Source of the DNA: a virus
Lineage: Duplodnaviria > Caudoviricetes
IMG/VR virus record: IMGVR_UViG_3300027759_003166
Length of the DNA: 64,000 nt
Direction: 5' to 3' (one strand)
Shown piece after piece: positions 48,401 through 55,216 of this stretch. The notes beneath the pieces are model-generated. The model ran no database searches. It was not told where the DNA came from and saw nothing but the letters and a program-made list of their open reading frames with translations. The stretch's first letter is position 1, and each line of letters starts with the position of its first letter. Made by a program: the position numbers and the translations under genes.

Positions 48401-51400
48401 AAGCAGATACATCTATTAACGGTTTAAAACTTTTAAGAGAACAACCTGATCTTGTAGACGTTTCAACTATTGATAGAGTAGCATTAATAGATTCTTTTAA
48501 AGAAGAAGTAATAGAGTATCTAGACGTTATTGATCCATTAAAAGGAAAGATTGCAGGAATTGCTGAACAAGAATTAAAATACAAATCATCATTTGATCCT
48601 GCTGTATATTCGATTGGAAATTTAACTGCGGTAGTTGACAGTAATACAAGTTGGATCGATGATCACGTTGGTGAATTATGGTGGGATATAAGCACCGCAA
48701 AATATCAATGTTATGAGCAAGGTGATGAAATATTCAGAAAAAATAACTGGGGTAAATTATTCCCAGGTGCAACTATTGATGTCTATGAGTGGGTTAAATC
48801 TGATCTATTGCCCAGTGAATGGGCATCACAAGCAGATACCAATGATGGATTAACAAAAGGTATTAGTGGACAACCAAAATATCCTGACAACAGTATTCTT
48901 TCTGTAAAACAATTGTTTAATAATGTAACAAGATCATTTGAAAATGTTTATTTCTTTTGGGTAAAGAATAAAGTAAATGTTCCTGAAGCAAATAATAATA
49001 GAAGAATAAGCAGTTATCAGGTTGCTAGCATTATTGCAGATCCAATTGCCAACGGTTTAAAATTTGTTGAGATATTATCTAAAGATTCAGTAGCATTTGC
49101 TAATGTACAATCTATGTTAATAAGTGATAGAATTAATGCAAATATTGCTATTAATTCTAATAAGAGTGAAATACCAAGACATACCGAATGGGAACTAATA
49201 GCAGAGGGTAATGAAAATAATATGCCACCTCCTCTGTTGGAGAAAAAACTAATAGATAGTTTATTAGGGCATGATCAATTGGGTAATAATGTTCCTGCAA
49301 TTAATACAACATATAGAAATAGATATGGAATTGGTATTCGACCTCAACAAACATTATTTAAAGATAGAATAGAAGCATTGAGAAATCAAATTGCATTTGC
49401 TAATTCTGTTTTAATAAAAGAACAATTAACAGGTAACTACAATTTTAATAATCTAAATAGTTACGATACAATCTCAGATGCATTTTATAGAGAGTATGAC
49501 ATAGTAGTTGATTCGCTATCAACCATTGATACTCTTTTATTTGAACAAGCAACAATAAAATGTTTTGTTAACAATGGTAAAATAATATCTGTAGAAATAA
49601 TTAAACCAGGCTTTGGATATCTATTAGCACCGTTGGTGACTATAAATTCAACAGCAGGAGAAGAAGCAGAACTTCTAACAGAAATAAACAGCAACGGAGA
49701 AATTATAAATGTTACAATATCTAATGCTGGATACGGTTATGTTAATGCTCCTACATTAATTGTTCGTCCTCACACTGCTATCATTAGATCGGATAGCAAT
49801 TATAACGGCCGTTGGACTAAACATATATTTGACTATATCTATAAAAAATGGAATAGAGTTGGAAATCAAAAATATGATACAAGATTATATTGGCAATATA
49901 CCGATTGGATAAAAGACAGCTATAGTAAATTTAAAGACTATAGATATAGCATTGATGCTACTTATGAAATTGATACATTATCTAATGTATCCGTTGGAGA
50001 CTATGTACGAATTAAAAATATAGGCGATGGCAGATACGCTATTATTGAAAAATTAGCCGATACAGAAATTGGTGACTTTTCTAAATCATACAATTTTGTT
50101 TATATAGAAAAAGGAACAATACAAATAAAAGATTCAATATGGAATTTTTCTAATATAAATGTTTCTTATGATTCATCTACTTTAGAAGATACATTATATG
50201 ATCAAGTGCCTGATTTAGAATTATATCATATATTGCTGGCATTAAAGGATGATATCTTTATTGGCAATCTTAAAGTCAATTGGAATTTGTTCTTTTTCAA
50301 AGCAGTAAAGTATGCATTAACAGAGCAAAAAATATTAGATTGGGCATTTAAAACTTCGTTCATTGATGTATATAATTCAATTGGTAATTTAGATCAGCGT
50401 CCGGTATATAAACTTGACAACGAAAAATATTTTGAAAATTATATTGAAGAAGTTAAACCTTATCACACCAACATAAGAAGATTTACTTCTAAATATTCAT
50501 CTGTAGAAGAAACTTCAACTCTTTCTTTTACTGATTTTGATGTACCATCAGCTTCTTGGACTGCTGCTCATAGTTATTGCGTTGGTAATATTATAGTTGC
50601 AGATCCTGGTACTTTATATACTCAGAAACCGACAATTACAATATCCGGTGGCGGCGCCAATGTTACTCCTGCTACCGCAGAAGCCTACATTAGAAGCGGC
50701 GTCGTCTATCAAATACTTGTAACAGATCCTGGAGCAGGATATACTGAAACTCCAACAATTACAATATCGGGTGGCGGTCCTTATGTTACTTCCACTGCAT
50801 CTGTTTCAGTCTCATTATTGAATTTAACCACAAGAAAAAATATTATAGGATTAAAATTTGATAGAGTTAGTGCAGTATCTGAAATAGGCAATGTAGATGT
50901 CACTGAAGAATTTATATGTTCAGGAAAAGATACAAAATTTGTATTGTCTGTTTTAGCCGACCGTAATAAATTAAATATTATTCCAAGTCTTGATGGACAA
51001 TTGGTATTGTCAACTGATTATACAATAGAATATTACTCTGAAGAAAATAATGGATATACAAAACATTATTCAAGATTTGTATTTTTAAATTATGTTCCTA
51101 AAGAAACTCAGGTATTTAAAATAACATATAAAAAGAATATTAATTTATATACCGCAGTTGATAGAATAGAAAATCTATACACAGCCACTGACTCAATTTC
51201 GTCATTAATGAATGGAGTTGTTTATCCAGGTAATGTTATACAAGGATTACCGTTTGATTATTCTCCAGCTTGGGATACTGTTTCTGGATTAGGAAAATAC
51301 GACCCAATAAACTCAGGATGGAGTGATAGTGTTGGATACTATGCATCTGCAAAAATAGTAAGTTCAGTAGCAGCAGGCGATACAACAATCTATCTTAATA

Positions 51401-54400
51401 CAACTACCGACATTGTTGTTGGACAAATAATTAGTCTATTAAATTCTCCAACTTCAAATCTACGCAAAGATACAGTTGTTAATTCTGTTAACTCTTTGAA
51501 TAATTCTATTACAATAAGTCAAACTTATTACGCAATTAAATCTGTTAGAGCAACATCAACAAATATTAATTCTGATATTGTTGTTATAACCGTTGTTCCG
51601 TTTAATGGAGCAATTGTAGTTGGGGATTTGATTTCACTAGATGGAATTGAGAAAACTGAATTTAATGGAATATATTATATTTCAAGTATTACAGATAAAA
51701 ATAAGTTTATTGTAAAATCTAATTCAGTATTATCAACTACAGCAACAGTACTTACATATGGTGAAGCAAGCATTACAATATCTTCTATGCTAGGTAGCAT
51801 TGACACAGATAGTGTATTACTAGATCATATATCTGAAACATTTATTCCTGATGATAATAATCATATAGAAGTTGATATAATGTTGCAGTATGATGATATT
51901 ACTAAAATTGAAATATTTAAAGACGGCGAAACTTTGCCAATGCTTACTGGAATTCCAATTGTAGGACCATATCCTACCAGTGAATATTATCATATAACAA
52001 AAAATGTAATTACTGGTGGTGCTATAGTAAACTTCTATCAAATGACCAGCAATAGTTATGATTTAGATTTCTACTCGTATACCAATCCAAAACTTGAATT
52101 CTGGAAAACTGATGTATTATCTGCAAGATTAGATTCTGTATTACCTGGTGGCTCCGTTAACTGGGGTAATTTTGCCGGAGGACTAGGCGTTCGATATGGA
52201 ACAGTTTTACCCGAAGAAGGCACCAATTCTATAATTATAGATGGCGATTCATTCTTAAATGAAAGATCAGGATATGCACCTGATGAATGTGTAGCTGGAC
52301 ACGTATTAGATAGCTTAGGTATTAATGTTTATACCAAAGCTGAAAATTCTTATCCTACTGTTATAACTGGCTCATTCCCTGTAAAAAAAGGAACACTAAC
52401 TGCTTATGAATTAAGTGTACCCGAAACAGAGTATGCAGGCATAATGGTTAATTTTAATGGAAAAATATTTGATAGAGTTGATAATGCTACCCAATTTACA
52501 AATTCTCATCAATATTATATGATTGGGAATACAATCCATCTTCCACTACAATCTGTATCTGGAACAGCTGGATATACAATGGTTTCTATAGGTGGTAATT
52601 ATTCTTTACTCGATAGCAATATTGAAGGAGTATCTGGTGTTACATCTGCTACTGTAATAAGTTTGTTGTCAAGTATCAACGATGTTGTTATGGCTTATGT
52701 ATTAGTCGACGGTCATGAAATTTCTCAAGATACTCCAGAATCAGGTGATACAAAATATTATAAATTAACTGCTTATAGTAATAAAAATAATAGAGCAAGT
52801 GTACAAGTTTATGGTATTGATACTAATTCACATACCATTGAGGCTTGGTTCTTCCAATCTAAATATACAAAATTTAATAGGTTACACGAAGAATCACAAG
52901 ACGGATCAGCTTCCCAATCAATGTTTACTCTTTCTTTTGTACCAGGAAATATTGAGCCAGTAAGCGCTCAAGTAATAGTTGAAATAGATGATGGCAGCTC
53001 AGGAAGAAGAAGATTATCACCACCTTGGGTTAGTTATTATCAAATTAAAGATGCTCAACTAACATTTGCAATTGATAGTAAGAATTTATCACGTACATAT
53101 ACTGCTGGTCAAGTAATGGTATATGCAAATGGAATAGAATTGCGTCCTGGATTTGATTATACATTTAATGATATTGATAGTACAGTAACAATCATTTCTG
53201 GACTACTGAGTATAGGTGATGTTATTGCAGTAGTAGGATTAATTGATTATGACTATATTGTAGTTGGTAATATATTACAGTTAACAAACCCACCTGTTAG
53301 TACTTTTAATTTAAAAATTATATCATTTACTGATCATGATAAAATGTTAATTAGAACAGAAAGATTTAACGGAACAATTGCTCGACGTTATACACTATCT
53401 TTCTCTGTATTGTCTGATAATTACGTTTGGGTATATGTTGATGGAATTTCATTAACTGCTAGAACAGAGTTTGAAATTCTTGATGACATGAAAACTATTC
53501 AGATAAGTGATTTGATTGATGTTTCCCCAAGTTCAAAAATAACAATTACCACAGTTAATCCACAATCTTATAACAATCAAATTATTGGATTTAGAATGTT
53601 TAATGATATTTTTGATAGACATCATTATAAGAGACTATCAAAATTTCATAGCACAACGTTGTTACGTGCATTAAGACATACTGATAATGAAATTTATCTA
53701 ACTGATGGCAATGGAATAATTCCGCCTAATCCATTAACTAACAATCCTGGTATTGTTATAATTGATGGTGAGCGTATTGAATTTGCAGAAAAAGATGGAA
53801 ATACTTTAAGAGGTCTAAGAAGAAGTAGTCTAGGAACTGGGCCTGCCACTTATTCAGCAGTTGGAACACAAGTAATAGATCAAAGTTCACAACAAACAAT
53901 ACCTTATCTTGATACAATATTAGTACAGTCGACCTCTACTACAAGTACAACCTACATTATTAGTACAGTAACTACTACCGCTACAGGTGCCGGAATTGTT
54001 TTAGATCCAAATATTGATGCTGTAAATCAGGTTACTGTATATTACGGCGGCCGTCAATTACGTAAAACATCTTTGGTTGTTCATGATAAGTTCTATGACA
54101 AACCTGTATATAATCCAGACCCTAGAACAGCATATATTTTGATTTTTGGGCAATCTAATATAGCTAATTACGGCGAACATACAGATAGTTACACACCCAA
54201 TGATAAAGTAAAACGTCTTGATATAAATGGTAATTGGGAACTTGCTGTATCGCCAGGCGGTCCTAACAGATTGGCCACAGGATATAATTGGAGCACTGGC
54301 TCATCAGTAGATATACCAGGAGGACCATCCGGAGGCAACATGGATGGAAGAATTGGTGATACTCTTCTTCAGAGTGGAAAGTATGACAAAGTTTACATTG

Positions 54401-55215
54401 TTAACGTTGCAGTCGGAGGTATACCACTAGCTTGGTGGCTCAGTACTGCATTACCTTCTGCGTACCTTGGAGGAGTTCCGAGAAATGAAGATAATTTCCC
54501 GTATGTTAATAATAGACTCTTTGAAAGACTACAATTTGCAGTCAGCAAAGCCAACGAGCTTGGATTTGAATTCACACACGTTTTATATGGCGCAGGCGAA
54601 TCAGATTCAATCGCTCCTAATATTACACCGTCGGATGTTTATCAAAGCAGATTTGCACAACTTAGAAATGAACTTAGAACATTGGGTGTAACTGCTCCTA
54701 TATTCATCAGCAAAACATCTTATTTTGTAAATCCTCCATATACCACTGACATTATAACTAATGCACAGCAAGCCATAGTTAATAATTATTCAGATGTATA
54801 TCTTGGACCAAATACGGATCTGTATGGAGATAGTTATCGTTGGGATCATTTACATTTTAAAACATCAGGATTAAGTGCAATTGGCAGTACATGGGGTAAT
54901 ACAATCGTTGATACCTTAACATCATTTGATCCTGTTGCTCCTGAGTTCTCTATAAACACATCTACTAATGAATTGTTGTTAAATATTTCAGACTATAATG
55001 GAATACCCACAAATATTACCATCATACAGAAAAAAGGACAAATTTGGACAGGAACAGAATCGTTATTAACCAGTAACGTAATACAAGCTGAATTCTTACA
55101 AGATAGAAAATCTCTATTACCGGATATATATTATTATGGTGGAGAGTCAGTGCTTAAAGATAATGATAATGTAATCATCACTGACGACAACGACCAACCC
55201 TTAGAAGGATATTAA
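39442..55215 (+). CDS. Giant (~5250 aa) baseplate wedge/gp7-like protein with FG-GAP propeller, helical repeat inserts and SGNH esterase
   Basis: One uninterrupted ORF (ATG MADNKK preferred over GTG 39430). Follows gp6 and contains EEVKPYHT. Seven FG-x-S/N blades at ~45350-48360; GQSN/GESD/DHLH near the C-terminus. Confidence 0.8.
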   Translation: MADNKKSVNLLPEYLQSVKNSKFLSGTIDPLIQTPQIERIDGFVGSKISPNYNIKTDYYINEDSSLRTNYSLEPALILKDQSSKITDAIAFDDLINEIKIQGGNTDNLDLLFRSKFYSYDPYIDWDKLVNYTHYHWLPNGPDSILVDDLKANIESTSTYTILNNYSLSNGMKLKLSSDNKEYYVEGVGTSIKLIEVTLLNVDELVDTIYNEKFDSDAFDNYPFDGDKKLPLTAEYTTINRASIDSNPWSRYNRWFHLEIIRITAEINKSDFLLSLDSRAKRPIIEFKPDIQLYNFGNIGIGKIDLIDDNTLDAFGSVDGTLGYYVDGILLAQGNTVIFNADVNDDVRGKIYIVDFDFSTNPPTLQLVESINPVELNSIVINSGNTYLGTSWYYNANSHTWIYAQQHTKINQAPLFDLYNHAHQSYGNTSTYYNSNFVGCKIFGYDIGTGTADSVLGFPLKYQNSVGVGSYLFKNYFMTDSIIVTNSPNVISSTISTGITYFKVSDNYVNVWQPSVEYHTPIIEIQEIVNATNTTTIQSVKEFTNVSILVNSKLTTATISGLNLTFNNTLNVNDVVSLSITSNNIPNSNGFYEAPIGLTHNPLNGPISDMTLSELSDHLATMINRIPEFSGDFPGINNLRDLSGYSKYGTRLIVNSNPIAFAKMFLGKKEHNLVDAIRYAGDQYNQFKMYLLKSITNIDYQLSPADALDKVLININNNKDARAPYYRSDMLGYGSNKIVKSYIVSNINIDTYPIGVDFNLSTLSFKSVLVYIGNEQLIYGKDYDITMDEIVFHQSLNINDVINIHYYPDTQGSFIPPTPSKLGLYPTYAPIMYSDDSYRIDSSILVIRGHDGSIMPAYNDYRDAIILEYEKRVFNNIKVEYDAKVFDVNAALPGIFRNDRYSLIDVSLEIPSILRNDAATKLLTKDFIKWTGIYNIDASTNNVFDEGDPFTWNYKNSYNTLTNTMLSGYWRSIYKDFFDTDRPDIHPWEMLGHASKPTWWDDNYNWINPTKRAALINAVELGIVNPTTTEPLIDNNYARPGFDSIVPVDTSGMLLPPSEFLASENSYNDKIADWKFGDQGPAETAWRKSSYWPFALNAAAALLDPCGYSSSMFDTSRTSLNSNTSQLTYLEDDLYLNPNKMVLEGQSNAQTAGYGVYVVEVGLQKDLHYLDKLQDDLTYINFNLFHKLGGFVSKDKLQIVIDSIDPISQAPGAILPPEDYTLLLNTSNPIKSSSISGVIIQKSNGNFVIKGYDKVNPYFEILSPIKTLAGVTLTVGGKSEVFTEWTGVSGSSGLGAIDTTAPGNSVTTHYYKQGQIVSYNGKYYRVKIGHTTQSTFDPALFYQLPSLPMVGGSSVVRSSKFENQVTKIPYGTNFSTIQEVYDMLLGYGAYLEKQGFIFDEYNSDLGEIVDWNFTGKEFLYWTTQNWADGNLITLSPFSDYLKYSFTDSVVDNISTGKYEYSLLKADGKSFPINKFTLSREDGVCTVKTIDTLDGIFFATLNSVQKEHGMVIKNKTIFNDTIYDIETGYKQRRIKLSGFRTLGWNGDLSSPGFIYDNVDITDWIANGKYLPGNVVRYNGSYYEADAKIINDSKFDFTKWIKLNKKPESNLLTNFDYKINQFEDFYSLDIDNFDATQQQLAQHLIGYTPRTFLNNIFTNNISQYKFYQGFIKEKGTKNAIDKISKVGKFARQGDITFNEEWAFRLGSYGSFGTYNELEFTLDEGSSSENPFVIKFADSKDTNPLINYILPSNLLISPDTYIPSSTFTIYPSTFSDSNIKLPTAGYVRSDDVTATAYNKNSLLDIANNSLIQEGNTFWLGFLDNGDWNVYRYTEMTARIAGVFVSSPAVSITFTTDINHNLSVGDIVSIVNFNNQVNGIHIITDISRLDQFTVSSDLTTIINSDLLTNGLLFKFEKARYNNFAELSDNAVLSTLKNGEKIWVDNGSNGKWQVYEKIQNYTTGFVEAATTSVTAQRLGESIFTLENSSILLMSAPGKFTNAPIYGNVGVYLKNNNQLIKQFDYTLNNHSKIYCQTDSENDFGLSLSIDVNKGLLFAGAPAASNIVIPSANTNTTGIAIFSDGSGITKTFAQEGIVKISSTNKNFIQETTEKVLVHPYATTSTTAAYSRFGHSIYNSQPSSNTSTLLLVGAPGSINSDNTYTGRVYAYNVLREQYYNATKAQVIYALAASSLAPLFYGEVTITNWMVAGIDQLEQFYYEYRLVNPVDAAAWDADRAADNVGIKNTRIEVIAAYQNNILAELYPSEDNIRYWMINGIGPDSRIFNESVIAYRSTHPTDADRIDSERVAAENSNIPATKISGHPSGITLKSVVSLNAGSQFGHSISGDSNGSIIAVGAPYYINTISNTTGVIQLYDKNLHWFQSIPSPFIGHEAFGENVVISSDGTYLVASSPEIRGTTNGTKGRVAIYRLSGTGIRIQASRASVILAYASNLLAPLYPSELDIHIWTVVGLDSFDSTIDSNRAASPAAAAAIDKERAADSLGMLASRADVIIAYQTNVEAPLYPTEAEIRYWMATGLGTGTNGFAAEITYNNSTNPSAYAANLAQRITLATPSPYLSTRFEVINAYASNLRAEVNPSNGDILSWMTSGLGTNNITFNTDVESRRTSNPSLATSIDAARAADAVGTSGAPIRSSRAAVIAAYQGNLDANPYPTEQEIRYWMSVGLGYLVATNNPLGAFNAAVTRDNALYPDIYLSWLQARAADYPKASRGQVILAYASNLLTELYPNETAINYWMVQGLTNFDSSNNTNRANDPALAAAIDMARAADAINIKSSRAAVISAYQTNVDAPFYPTEKQIRRWMIAGLDSSSFTIFNETITANNLSNPTNAAIYRNQRLEALPSVDFTYDLYQVIDNPLKNNDLKFGKSIAISDNSNKLAIGAVGVNGPIPLKFDINFKDGETTFDQGTTNFSSFAEDSGTVFLYYNIDGSFVQSENITDPSPIAGDKFGYSVAVTNNNTFVGAPSISGVSKFYQFNKADTSINGLKLLREQPDLVDVSTIDRVALIDSFKEEVIEYLDVIDPLKGKIAGIAEQELKYKSSFDPAVYSIGNLTAVVDSNTSWIDDHVGELWWDISTAKYQCYEQGDEIFRKNNWGKLFPGATIDVYEWVKSDLLPSEWASQADTNDGLTKGISGQPKYPDNSILSVKQLFNNVTRSFENVYFFWVKNKVNVPEANNNRRISSYQVASIIADPIANGLKFVEILSKDSVAFANVQSMLISDRINANIAINSNKSEIPRHTEWELIAEGNENNMPPPLLEKKLIDSLLGHDQLGNNVPAINTTYRNRYGIGIRPQQTLFKDRIEALRNQIAFANSVLIKEQLTGNYNFNNLNSYDTISDAFYREYDIVVDSLSTIDTLLFEQATIKCFVNNGKIISVEIIKPGFGYLLAPLVTINSTAGEEAELLTEINSNGEIINVTISNAGYGYVNAPTLIVRPHTAIIRSDSNYNGRWTKHIFDYIYKKWNRVGNQKYDTRLYWQYTDWIKDSYSKFKDYRYSIDATYEIDTLSNVSVGDYVRIKNIGDGRYAIIEKLADTEIGDFSKSYNFVYIEKGTIQIKDSIWNFSNINVSYDSSTLEDTLYDQVPDLELYHILLALKDDIFIGNLKVNWNLFFFKAVKYALTEQKILDWAFKTSFIDVYNSIGNLDQRPVYKLDNEKYFENYIEEVKPYHTNIRRFTSKYSSVEETSTLSFTDFDVPSASWTAAHSYCVGNIIVADPGTLYTQKPTITISGGGANVTPATAEAYIRSGVVYQILVTDPGAGYTETPTITISGGGPYVTSTASVSVSLLNLTTRKNIIGLKFDRVSAVSEIGNVDVTEEFICSGKDTKFVLSVLADRNKLNIIPSLDGQLVLSTDYTIEYYSEENNGYTKHYSRFVFLNYVPKETQVFKITYKKNINLYTAVDRIENLYTATDSISSLMNGVVYPGNVIQGLPFDYSPAWDTVSGLGKYDPINSGWSDSVGYYASAKIVSSVAAGDTTIYLNTTTDIVVGQIISLLNSPTSNLRKDTVVNSVNSLNNSITISQTYYAIKSVRATSTNINSDIVVITVVPFNGAIVVGDLISLDGIEKTEFNGIYYISSITDKNKFIVKSNSVLSTTATVLTYGEASITISSMLGSIDTDSVLLDHISETFIPDDNNHIEVDIMLQYDDITKIEIFKDGETLPMLTGIPIVGPYPTSEYYHITKNVITGGAIVNFYQMTSNSYDLDFYSYTNPKLEFWKTDVLSARLDSVLPGGSVNWGNFAGGLGVRYGTVLPEEGTNSIIIDGDSFLNERSGYAPDECVAGHVLDSLGINVYTKAENSYPTVITGSFPVKKGTLTAYELSVPETEYAGIMVNFNGKIFDRVDNATQFTNSHQYYMIGNTIHLPLQSVSGTAGYTMVSIGGNYSLLDSNIEGVSGVTSATVISLLSSINDVVMAYVLVDGHEISQDTPESGDTKYYKLTAYSNKNNRASVQVYGIDTNSHTIEAWFFQSKYTKFNRLHEESQDGSASQSMFTLSFVPGNIEPVSAQVIVEIDDGSSGRRRLSPPWVSYYQIKDAQLTFAIDSKNLSRTYTAGQVMVYANGIELRPGFDYTFNDIDSTVTIISGLLSIGDVIAVVGLIDYDYIVVGNILQLTNPPVSTFNLKIISFTDHDKMLIRTERFNGTIARRYTLSFSVLSDNYVWVYVDGISLTARTEFEILDDMKTIQISDLIDVSPSSKITITTVNPQSYNNQIIGFRMFNDIFDRHHYKRLSKFHSTTLLRALRHTDNEIYLTDGNGIIPPNPLTNNPGIVIIDGERIEFAEKDGNTLRGLRRSSLGTGPATYSAVGTQVIDQSSQQTIPYLDTILVQSTSTTSTTYIISTVTTTATGAGIVLDPNIDAVNQVTVYYGGRQLRKTSLVVHDKFYDKPVYNPDPRTAYILIFGQSNIANYGEHTDSYTPNDKVKRLDINGNWELAVSPGGPNRLATGYNWSTGSSVDIPGGPSGGNMDGRIGDTLLQSGKYDKVYIVNVAVGGIPLAWWLSTALPSAYLGGVPRNEDNFPYVNNRLFERLQFAVSKANELGFEFTHVLYGAGESDSIAPNITPSDVYQSRFAQLRNELRTLGVTAPIFISKTSYFVNPPYTTDIITNAQQAIVNNYSDVYLGPNTDLYGDSYRWDHLHFKTSGLSAIGSTWGNTIVDTLTSFDPVAPEFSINTSTNELLLNISDYNGIPTNITIIQKKGQIWTGTESLLTSNVIQAEFLQDRKSLLPDIYYYGGESVLKDNDNVIITDDNDQPLEGY

Positions 55216-55216
55216 A

